Source: an uncultured Pseudomonadales bacterium (lineage in GTDB: Bacteria; Patescibacteriota; Microgenomatia; UBA1400; Chazhemtobacteraceae). Taken from it: 64,000 bases of DNA. Positions 56,464 through 64,000 of this stretch are shown in pieces (position 1 is the stretch's first letter; each line of letters opens with the position of its first letter). The stretch is from positions 249,013 to 313,012 of the forward strand of contig CAYQZQ010000001.1 of the NCBI GenBank assembly GCA_964422035.1, in the 5' to 3' direction. Position numbers and translations under genes: made by a program. The notes beneath the pieces are model-generated. The model saw only the letters and a program-made list of their open reading frames with translations. It had not been told where the DNA came from and did no database searches.

Positions 56464-57330
56464 TTAAGTGGATTTTTGTTTTAAATTAAGCATCGATATT
56501 TGGTCTGCCAACAACCCAAAGAAGAAGAGCAGCATGCCTAAAACAGTGATTAGAATAGAGCTATTGGGGACTCTGGGACCGATGATAAAGCCATAGAGAG
56601 CCCATGATAATCCTAAAAAAGTAGTAGTTAAACTGGCTGGAAAAAAAAGCTTCAAAGGGTTAAAAAGCATGATAATACGCATAATTAAGAGTAAAGTTTT
56701 GCTGCCGTCTTTGATTAAGTTCAAATTACTGGGACGACCTTGTCTTTTTTTGGTTTTGATGGGAAAGGTGGCTACATCGTGACCCAGTTTATAAAAAGCA
56801 AAAGTGGAGGTGGTAGAAAATGAAAACCCATTAGGCATTAAGTGAAGTAAGTTGAAGATCTTTTGGCGGTGAAAACCCCGAAAACCAGAGTTAAAGTCTG
56901 GTAGATCCTGTTCTAGAAGATACTGGCCAAGTTTTTTCAAAACTGCTTTGCCAAGCAACCTAGATTGATGTTGAGAGCTTTCGTCGGTTCTCTCTCCTAT
57001 GACCAAGGGGTGCTTGGGTAAAAGTTTTTTCAGCTGATCTAGATATTTTATTGAGTGCTGACCGTCTGAATCCATGGTTATGATAAACTCAGTTTGGCTG
57101 TATCGAATACCGGTTTTTAGGGCAGCTCCATAGCCTTTGTTTTGAGTATGAGAGATGATCTTGATAGGGTATTTTTTAACTATTTGTGACGTTTTATCTG
57201 TAGAACCGTCATTGACAACTAGAACGTCCATTTGTTGGTGGATATTGTTTTTAATGAGCGAGTCCAAGACAGAGTTTATTGACTCGGCTTCATTGTATGC
57301 AGGAATGATGAGAGTGGTATTAGTTTTCAC
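56464..57330 (-). CDS. DPM1/GtrB-like GT2 with two C-terminal TM helices
   Basis: IPAYNE, VNDGSTD, NKGYGAALKTG, MDSDGQH, PDFNSGFR, GFSFSTT; C-terminal TM pair ending GLLADQI. Confidence 0.9.
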   Translation of the reverse strand: MKTNTTLIIPAYNEAESINSVLDSLIKNNIHQQMDVLVVNDGSTDKTSQIVKKYPIKIISHTQNKGYGAALKTGIRYSQTEFIITMDSDGQHSIKYLDQLKKLLPKHPLVIGERTDESSQHQSRLLGKAVLKKLGQYLLEQDLPDFNSGFRGFHRQKIFNLLHLMPNGFSFSTTSTFAFYKLGHDVATFPIKTKKRQGRPSNLNLIKDGSKTLLLIMRIIMLFNPLKLFFPASLTTTFLGLSWALYGFIIGPRVPNSSILITVLGMLLFFFGLLADQISMLNLKQKST

Positions 57331-58585
57331 TTTTTGAAATTTTGCTTGCTAATTGATTGATAGATGATGTGACAACCGGAAAAGTAAAGCTGGTGGCTAC
57401 AATTAAGGGATATAAACTAATAAAATGTCTTTTCATGGCATTATATAAAAGAGCTTGCCACGAATTAAGAGGAAGAAAGCGCAAACGACTGGCTAAAGCC
57501 AGAGCAAACCAGGTTAAAGAATAAAATAAGGTGACAACTGAAATAGAATTAAATAATTTTTTAAACTTGGTTAATGACTGAACAATAAGGCTAGTTAAAA
57601 AAAACAACGCCAAACCACCAGATAAAGAAGGAAGAAAATAGTGAAATAAAGCTTTTGCAGTTGCTAAAATCATAAAAGGGAGATCATTAACAATAGTGGG
57701 AACATTTTTGAATGAGTTAACTTGAGTGCTTGAGAGGTCAAGATGATATTTTTTAAAGTACCCCCAAGGAAGGGTGAAAAGGGTATAGAACAGAATAATG
57801 ATAAATAAGTGGCGGTAGTTTTTAGTTCTTACAAATTTATAAGCTATCAATATAAGGCTTGTTAGAAAAAAGGGTAAATTGGCTGGCCGAGTCCAGGCTG
57901 CAAAGGAAAGCATAGCACTAGTAAGGGTTAAGGAAGATAAAGAAGAGTCTGTAAGATAGTTAGCCAGATATAGTCCGGACAAAGAAAGATAAATCATATA
58001 AGGAAAATTTGTGTAAGCAATGCGACTTTGAAAAAAAGCCCAAGGAATAGAGACAACAAAAAGACAGGCTAAAAGAGCGGTGAGAGATTGAGAACGCCTT
58101 TTTATATAGGAAAAGAAGACCAACAAAAAACCAATTAAAAGGAAACTATAGAAAACCTTAGGATTTGAAAAGCCTAGAATGTAAAGGGCAGTGTGAGCCA
58201 ACGAGGTGTACAAAGGATAGCTGCCATGATAGCTGTTACCTATTCCTGTGATGTCTCGGTGATGAACGAAAAGTTTGGCTCTAAAATCATACATTGTGAG
58301 AGTATCGAAAAAATAAGGAGGGTAGTACCAATTGAAAATAAAGTTAAGTATGACGACAGATAATACAAGTGCGAGAAGTAATATAGAAAATGAATTGAAT
58401 TTCAGCTTAATCTTGTTTTTTTTGATGAGTTTAACCAGCATTAGTGATAGTAGTGAGGCTGGCAAAAAACTTAATAATAAACTGGTTAAATTGATGGGAA
58501 TGTTTAAAAAGACATTAGACAAGAACCAAAAAAAGGTGGTAAATGGAAAAATGGAAATGATACCTATACCAATAGCTTCAATCAT
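57320..58585 (-). CDS. GT-C-like multi-pass membrane protein
   Basis: FDTLTMYDFRAK...HGSYPL loop motif and WTRP; many TM helices. Confidence 0.7.
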   Translation of the reverse strand: MIEAIGIGIISIFPFTTFFWFLSNVFLNIPINLTSLLLSFLPASLLSLMLVKLIKKNKIKLKFNSFSILLLALVLSVVILNFIFNWYYPPYFFDTLTMYDFRAKLFVHHRDITGIGNSYHGSYPLYTSLAHTALYILGFSNPKVFYSFLLIGFLLVFFSYIKRRSQSLTALLACLFVVSIPWAFFQSRIAYTNFPYMIYLSLSGLYLANYLTDSSLSSLTLTSAMLSFAAWTRPANLPFFLTSLILIAYKFVRTKNYRHLFIIILFYTLFTLPWGYFKKYHLDLSSTQVNSFKNVPTIVNDLPFMILATAKALFHYFLPSLSGGLALFFLTSLIVQSLTKFKKLFNSISVVTLFYSLTWFALALASRLRFLPLNSWQALLYNAMKRHFISLYPLIVATSFTFPVVTSSINQLASKISKSEN

Positions 58586-59108
58586 TTTGCAGGTTGATAA
58601 TTCCCCATGGTGGTTTTTCCTGTATTAGAGTCACTTGGCTGGGAGGATAGTCCTTGCGGGGCCAGAGATACTGGTCTTGTTCAAGTCCGGAGACTTCTCC
58701 CCAAATCAAAAAAACGTGAGTGGCAGATGCAGGAGGAGGATGATTGACTGACTCAGGGCGAACAAGTTTGCGAGGATATAAAAAGTAGTTCATATATAAC
58801 CCGGAGGAGGTGTTAGGCCAAGCTGGGCCAGAGGGTGGCAGAGCAATGACTGCATCTGGGGGGAGATTATTTTGAGCGTATTGAATGAAATCAAACAAGG
58901 GCGAGCCTAATTTAGACTTTAGGCGTTGGTCATATGGCAAACGAGAGTTATTAATGATGAATTTTAATTCTTCTTTATCTGAAATAAGAAAGTAGAAGTT
59001 GATAACCAGGGAAATAGCAAGGATAAACAAGACGATAGGGTGTTTTTTAGTCAAAAGTAATGGCTGAATTTTAAAAATATATTGTCCATGTGATTTGTCT
59101 TTGGCCAA
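58578..59108 (-). CDS. Hypothetical single-TM protein
   Basis: One hydrophobic segment then YFLYPRKL; start uncertain (TTG 59108 or 59054). Confidence 0.65.
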   Translation of the reverse strand: MAKDKSHGQYIFKIQPLLLTKKHPIVLFILAISLVINFYFLISDKEELKFIINNSRLPYDQRLKSKLGSPLFDFIQYAQNNLPPDAVIALPPSGPAWPNTSSGLYMNYFLYPRKLVRPESVNHPPPASATHVFLIWGEVSGLEQDQYLWPRKDYPPSQVTLIQEKPPWGIINLQND

Positions 59109-60507
59109 TTATCTGCTGATTTTCTAAATTGTTGTTAAAGACTGCTTTGAGAAAACTTATCAGGCCTTGGTTAATTATAGGTGATGAACGGAAGATTGAC
59201 ACTTTTTCTTTGTTTTTGGTGTATTTTGAAAGTTTTTTAGAGTCTAAATGTTGAAACTTATTCCAAATTATTATCATTTCATTTTCCTTACCTTGAGGAT
59301 TTTTTTGCCAAATATAATATGCTTGAGGGCTAAGATCATAAAATAGATCTAGATGTTGACCGGTCTCTTTAAACCACTCCTGGGCGTTGATGTCTCGATT
59401 GAAATTAAAATAGATTGTGGTTTGATTATTTGAGTATCGGGCTAATGTTGAGATCATTTCGCTGTTGGCTTTTTCTCGAGCAAAATAACCGGAGACAAAA
59501 ATGAAAGAGTTGAGAGATGAATAAAAAAGGGAAAAAATAATAAATGGAACCCAGATCAGTTTTGTTAAAAGAGAGCCCTGTCTGCAGGCTTGAAGTAGGT
59601 AAAAAGCTATAATGATACTTAAATGCAAAACAACTGGGAATAGATAGCGTAGTAAAGAGTGGGGCCAAAATGAATGAAGAATTAGATATGAGAAAGCTGC
59701 TATGAAATTCAAGATTACTAACGGAGGTATTGTTTTATTCTTAAAATAGTCTTTGAAAATTAATATGCCAGAAATAGCAAGTAAAAAGAGATGACCTGAG
59801 TTAAGGAGATGGATAAGATTTTTTTTGAAAGTATTAAGTATGAGACCAAGATTAAAAGTTGTGTTAGCAGCATAGCCTTTTTGTGTGAGAGCAAAAGAAA
59901 GCAATAGAAGAATGCTAGAGGCAACTAGATTAAAAATTAAGTAAATAGATTGTTTTTTAGTGAGTTTATCTTTGATTAGAACAGCCGCCATTAAAAAGAC
60001 TGGAAGCAGATAAAAACTGGTTTCTTTGCTAGTAAATAATAAAAATGAGGAGAGAAGAGCAGGCCAGAGCTTGTTTTTATAGGCAAACCAAAGGGATAGA
60101 ACAAGCCAAAGAACCAATAAAGTTTCCTGAGTTCCTAACCTCCAGAAATTGATGACTGTGCCGGGAAAAATAAAAGTTAACAAAATCGACAGAGTAGCAA
60201 AGTACTTATTTTTAAAGTTTTTAAAAAATTTAAAAAGCAGGACAATTGTGACAAGTAAAATCAATAACTGAAAAGCGTGGTGAGCAAAAACGGAAGTGCC
60301 AAATAGCTTATATTTGAATTTGTGGAATAGCCAATATGATGGTCGTAGTCTGCCCAGGTTTTTATCAATAAAAAAAAGATTAGACAGTTTTTGACTCCGG
60401 AGATTGGTAAGAATTTGACCATCATCGATAAGTGACCATGGGAGAAGAAGTGAGGGGAGATAGAAGGAAATTATAATTGTAATTAGAATAAAGAAAAGAA
60501 AAAGCAT
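59071..60507 (-). CDS. GT-C-like membrane protein (paralogue of the C-terminal domain of the next gene)
   Basis: LIDDG, GRLRP, TQE, SKET, RYL motifs; multi-TM. Confidence 0.75.
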   Translation of the reverse strand: MLFLFFILITIIISFYLPSLLLPWSLIDDGQILTNLRSQKLSNLFFIDKNLGRLRPSYWLFHKFKYKLFGTSVFAHHAFQLLILLVTIVLLFKFFKNFKNKYFATLSILLTFIFPGTVINFWRLGTQETLLVLWLVLSLWFAYKNKLWPALLSSFLLFTSKETSFYLLPVFLMAAVLIKDKLTKKQSIYLIFNLVASSILLLLSFALTQKGYAANTTFNLGLILNTFKKNLIHLLNSGHLFLLAISGILIFKDYFKNKTIPPLVILNFIAAFSYLILHSFWPHSLLRYLFPVVLHLSIIIAFYLLQACRQGSLLTKLIWVPFIIFSLFYSSLNSFIFVSGYFAREKANSEMISTLARYSNNQTTIYFNFNRDINAQEWFKETGQHLDLFYDLSPQAYYIWQKNPQGKENEMIIIWNKFQHLDSKKLSKYTKNKEKVSIFRSSPIINQGLISFLKAVFNNNLENQQIIGQRQITWTIYF

Positions 60508-60518
60508 CGTGAATGGAT

Positions 60519-62735
60519 TTAGAGCTTATGTAGGTGCCAAATGTATGAAGATGAATAGGTGGGAATCAGAGGAGTGCCTGACTCAACAAGCGTTTTTAAG
60601 CTGTCTTTAAGAATAGGATTATACTGCTGAGTCTTTGTTTCAATTTTTTTGAGCAAAACATCATCGCTGAGAGAGCTAATTGGGATTTGATTGTCAGGGA
60701 AAGACCAAGTTGCTAAAAATTCTACATCGCTTTTTTCATTAAATAGGCTGGTTTTAAGATCTGACCTATTATGAAATAGTCGAAAATGCCTCTCTGCTTC
60801 ACTAATCCACTCATAATGATTAGGGTTCTTTTCAAAATTAAAGTATAAGGTTGAATTTTTGGGCATACTTTTTACTGCGGTATCGACCATCACGGCATTA
60901 GCTTTCTCGCGGGCGACAAAGTCTGTAGCAATATTTAATGACTGAATGGTGTTGGTAAAAATAAAATTTGCCCAATAGTAAACAAAGACACCCAGTAGTA
61001 TTACAAAAATTGGATTCTTTAATGAATACTTAATTTGTCGATAAGTTTCGAAAGCGATGAATAGACCAATGGCAGGGAGAACAGGTGTTAAATAACGCCC
61101 CAGAGCTAATTTCCAAGGAAGCAAGATCAGAAAGGAGGCTGACAGCCAAACCAGAGATATCAGTGAAATTTTAAGTCTATCCTTTTTAATTGCTGCAATC
61201 ACTAAAGAAATACCTGACAGTTGAAGTAGTCTGGACAGCCAGGAGGAATCAAGTTGGAGCTTGTATTCTTGAAAAGTCTTAAACCAAGTCTGAAGATCAA
61301 CTTTAAAATTTGATGAATAATTTTGCTTGCCATAATTGAAAAATCTAGCAATAAAAATGTATGCTATGCCAATTAGTGAAGTTAAAAATAATTGTTGCCA
61401 TGTCTTCTCGTTTTCTTTGTCAATAAGTAACCCCAGTAGTAATAAAGGGACAACAAATATTGCTGTTTCTTTGGTTAAAATCGCAGACAAGATCAAAAGT
61501 GGGCCAACAATCTTTCCCAGCCATTTTTTTTTAAACTCAAAAGCTAGCACTATGCCTAACAACAAAAATAAAGTCATGGGTATTTCTTGAGAGACAAGTC
61601 GGTAAAAGTTCTCAACATTGCGATAAAAAAGCAAAGCTGGCAAAGAAGCTAGGATTCCTACAAATTTGGATTTGGTTAGTTTATAAGATATGTAATAAAC
61701 AAGTGATATTAATGATGCTGAGAATATGATTCTCAAAATATGGAGAGTAAATGAATTATTACCTACAAACCAGTACTGTATAAACATGAACAGCCAAAAA
61801 ATGGGCCTGCTTCTACCAGTCCTAGATTCTAATAATAACCAGTCAAGTTCTCTAAAATTTAAATTAGTAATTTTGGACACAAATTCATTTGACTTGTCGA
61901 TTACTAAACCATCATCGATTAATGAAAAAGGTAGCTGAAGAGAAGATTTCATTATAAGCAATGAAATGATTACTAAAGCAAGCATTGGCCAGTACTGAAA
62001 AATTGATTTACGATGCCAGGATGAGAGATTTTCTCGAAGAAAATAGAATTTTAGTTTGACTAAATCTTTTAATGTTTTTAAGCCTCTGACAAATATTGAT
62101 GACCTAGACTGTCTTTTTTCTATAACTGATATTGGCAACTCTCCTATTTCAAAATTATTCTTTTGAGCTCTAAGCAATAGCTCTGTATCAAAAAGTTCTT
62201 TTGTCATCCGCGATTGTTTAATCAGCGGCAAAAATTTCTTTCTCTTGAGAATTTTTATCCCATGAGTATCAGATATTTTTAGGCCGAAAAGCATTTTCAA
62301 GATTGAACTAAACACTAGTGTTGCAAAACGACGATGAATTGACCTTGTATCTTGGGATTCCGGATCCAACTTGCTACCGACTACCACGTCATATTTATTC
62401 ATTTTGAGAATAGCTTGATCAATAAAATTTGTATCATAGTAATCAAGATCAAATAGTACTAAGTAGTCTCCATCTGCAGCTAAGAAGCCCTTTTTAACAG
62501 CCAGACCATAATCCGGATTGGGAGAGGTAAGCACTTGGACATCCTTGGTGCGCTTTGCATATTCCTGGGCTAGTTGTAGGGTATTGTCACTGCTTCCATT
62601 CTCTGAGACTATCAGTTGCCAGTTGAAAGAGGTTTTGTTTAGTTTCCAAACTAGTTCGGGTAAGAACTTAAAAAGGTAATTCTCTTCATTGTGGATGGGA
62701 ATTATTATGGAAATTTTGGGAGTATCCTGGTTCAT
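60519..62735 (-). CDS. Fusion of DPM1/Alg5-like GT2 and GT-C-like membrane domain
   Basis: N-terminal IPIHNEE, ENGSSDNT, YGLAVKKG, FDLD, VVGSK, SDTHG, FDTELL; C-terminal LIDDG, GRSRP, SQE, TKET, GRYL with many TM helices. Confidence 0.85.
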   Translation of the reverse strand: MNQDTPKISIIIPIHNEENYLFKFLPELVWKLNKTSFNWQLIVSENGSSDNTLQLAQEYAKRTKDVQVLTSPNPDYGLAVKKGFLAADGDYLVLFDLDYYDTNFIDQAILKMNKYDVVVGSKLDPESQDTRSIHRRFATLVFSSILKMLFGLKISDTHGIKILKRKKFLPLIKQSRMTKELFDTELLLRAQKNNFEIGELPISVIEKRQSRSSIFVRGLKTLKDLVKLKFYFLRENLSSWHRKSIFQYWPMLALVIISLLIMKSSLQLPFSLIDDGLVIDKSNEFVSKITNLNFRELDWLLLESRTGRSRPIFWLFMFIQYWFVGNNSFTLHILRIIFSASLISLVYYISYKLTKSKFVGILASLPALLFYRNVENFYRLVSQEIPMTLFLLLGIVLAFEFKKKWLGKIVGPLLILSAILTKETAIFVVPLLLLGLLIDKENEKTWQQLFLTSLIGIAYIFIARFFNYGKQNYSSNFKVDLQTWFKTFQEYKLQLDSSWLSRLLQLSGISLVIAAIKKDRLKISLISLVWLSASFLILLPWKLALGRYLTPVLPAIGLFIAFETYRQIKYSLKNPIFVILLGVFVYYWANFIFTNTIQSLNIATDFVAREKANAVMVDTAVKSMPKNSTLYFNFEKNPNHYEWISEAERHFRLFHNRSDLKTSLFNEKSDVEFLATWSFPDNQIPISSLSDDVLLKKIETKTQQYNPILKDSLKTLVESGTPLIPTYSSSYIWHLHKL

Positions 62736-62770
62736 TAAATGACTTATTGTTGATCTGGGGCAGGATATTT

Positions 62771-63619
62771 TTATGCTTGTTTACAAGCCGTTACCTTCAT
62801 TATATCCCAAAGATTAACTGGAACAACAAGAGAGTTAATTTTTTTTGGAATTGATAGTTTTAAATCATAGAGACTGCCAAGTTTGTGTGAAAGATATGAT
62901 AAGGGATAGTAGGCAGGGGGATGAGAAATTTGGATATCTGAAAAACCAATTGAGGACAACAGGGTCTTGATAGTTTTGGGTGAAAAATAACTTAGATGTT
63001 GAGGGGGGTTATATAGATGCCATTTTTTACCTAATATCTTGGCTAAAAGTGAGTTTACATTGCCCGTCGAGAGAGCAAACCTGCCACTGCCTTTTAGAAG
63101 ATCAAAGATAATTTTTAAATCTTGCTTGGGGTTGTTCAAGTGCTCTATAACATCCCACATGGTAATCAGGTCAAACTTTTCTCTTGGAAATGTGTTTGAT
63201 TCTAGTTTGCCAATTTTGATGCTGGCATCGGGATTATTTTTTTTAGCTTTCTGGGCTGCATGGGATGAAATTTCGATTCCAAATTTATTCCATGAGCTTG
63301 GCATTTGTTGTAAAAAATACCCATAAGCACAGCCAAAATCCAAAGCGTTTCCCTGGCTCTCTTTTTTAATGCTCAAACTATCAATTCTACACTTGAAAGT
63401 CTGATTGAGAGATTTCTTCTCAGTGGAGTAATCATCATAACTTCTTTTGTTCTCCCCTTGGATAAAGTAGTCTTTTTTGTAAAAATCTTGATAAAAATTT
63501 TTGTCTGGTGAAAAATTAGTAATAATTAATGAACAATCTTGGCATTCTACTATCCAAAAATTATATTTTTTGAACTTCTTTTTAAAATTTGAACTACCGC
63601 AAACACGACATTTATCCAT
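62771..63619 (-). CDS. Class I SAM-dependent methyltransferase with N-terminal CxxC pairs
   Basis: CRVCG...ECQDCS, ALDFGCAYGYFL, GIEIS, FDLITMWDVIEH, PPQHLSYFS. Confidence 0.92.
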   Translation of the reverse strand: MDKCRVCGSSNFKKKFKKYNFWIVECQDCSLIITNFSPDKNFYQDFYKKDYFIQGENKRSYDDYSTEKKSLNQTFKCRIDSLSIKKESQGNALDFGCAYGYFLQQMPSSWNKFGIEISSHAAQKAKKNNPDASIKIGKLESNTFPREKFDLITMWDVIEHLNNPKQDLKIIFDLLKGSGRFALSTGNVNSLLAKILGKKWHLYNPPQHLSYFSPKTIKTLLSSIGFSDIQISHPPAYYPLSYLSHKLGSLYDLKLSIPKKINSLVVPVNLWDIMKVTACKQA

Positions 63620-63621
63620 AT

Positions 63622-64000
63622 TTATTTGTAAAGTTTGTAAATTAGAACAGTAATTTGCATTAGAAGCCAGTGAATTGCGGTAAGCAGAGGGTTGTAATTG
63701 TACCTGGACAGAACTTGCAGATCTTCTTTAAACTGCTGGTTGAATTCTTTTGAACCCTTAGATTGGGAGTGGACACGAAAAACAGCCAGCTTGTCTTTGA
63801 ACCTGTCCGGCAGGGAAACTTCAAGACAGCGAAGCCAGTAGTCATAGTCGAATGCGTAGTTTAGGCTTTGATCAAACTCCCCTACTTTGTCTACGAGTTC
63901 TTTTTTAATAAAGACAGCCGGTTGATTAATGGTGTTGAATATTTTTAGGAAAAATCTTGCTTTATCAATCGGCCAGATATGTTTTATCTTAAAAGTCCAT
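63622..64000 (-). CDS. Glycosyltransferase family 2, C-terminal part (partial, runs off right edge)
   Basis: Manual translation: ...NTINQPAVFIKKELVDKVGEFDQSLNYAFDYDYWLR...FRVHSQSKG...YKLYK*. Confidence 0.85.
   Translation of the reverse strand, partial: WTFKIKHIWPIDKARFFLKIFNTINQPAVFIKKELVDKVGEFDQSLNYAFDYDYWLRCLEVSLPDRFKDKLAVFRVHSQSKGSKEFNQQFKEDLQVLSRYNYNPLLTAIHWLLMQITVLIYKLYK

Noticed and set aside
9767-61532. Homopolymer tracts as phase-variation switches (G7 near 9767 and 43368; A/T8-9 near 44443, 45859, 46283, 61524)
   Set aside because: Short, in frame, and expected in AT-rich Lys/Phe/Gly codons; no evidence of slippage without reads
991-63845. Many 60-155 aa ORFs in the track (e.g. 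24297-24710, 30295-30666, 35651-36118, 42606-43064, 63660-63845)
   Set aside because: They lie antisense or out of frame within well-supported genes and have no motifs; shadow ORFs
1-64000. CRISPR arrays, tRNA/rRNA, IS elements, integrases, defence systems
   Set aside because: No repeat-spacer periodicity, no recognisable RNA gene and no transposase, integrase or nuclease motifs; intergenic gaps are almost all under about 200 nt

Overview
Most of this 64 kb window (about 2.5 kb to beyond the right edge) is one very large cell-surface glycosylation locus. It lies directly upstream of a small housekeeping block (recO, glyQS, a lipoprotein). Gene content (homodimeric GlyRS, short RecO without a Zn finger, DUF4012 protein, tightly overlapping genes, no obvious Shine-Dalgarno sites) suggests a Patescibacteria/CPR genome of the Microgenomates type; this is inference. 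The locus has about 20 soluble GT2/GT4 glycosyltransferases, about 10 multi-pass GT-C-like membrane proteins, a priming phosphoglycosyl transferase, ManC, an O-antigen-ligase-like protein, a Wzx flippase, a Wzm/Wzt ABC exporter and six methyltransferase domains (one a pseudogene). The most notable observations are: (1) an opposite-strand tandem array of four 5-TM sulfatase-fold paralogues that have Thr at the nucleophile position (LtaS/EptA-like rather than true sulfatases), mosaic similarity and a conserved C-terminal GY tail; (2) a nonulosonic-acid (possibly KDN) module with a short NeuB, a NeuA-HAD fusion carrying an Asn at the HAD nucleophile site, and two unrelated candidate sialyltransferases; (3) an FrhB-family protein that has lost most of its Fe-S ligands; (4) a GT2::GT-C fusion next to its unfused paralogue; (5) repeated TAnnnT-N6-ATG leaderless-type promoters. 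No rRNA, tRNA, CRISPR or transposase was seen. All family calls come from motif recognition by eye, not database searches.
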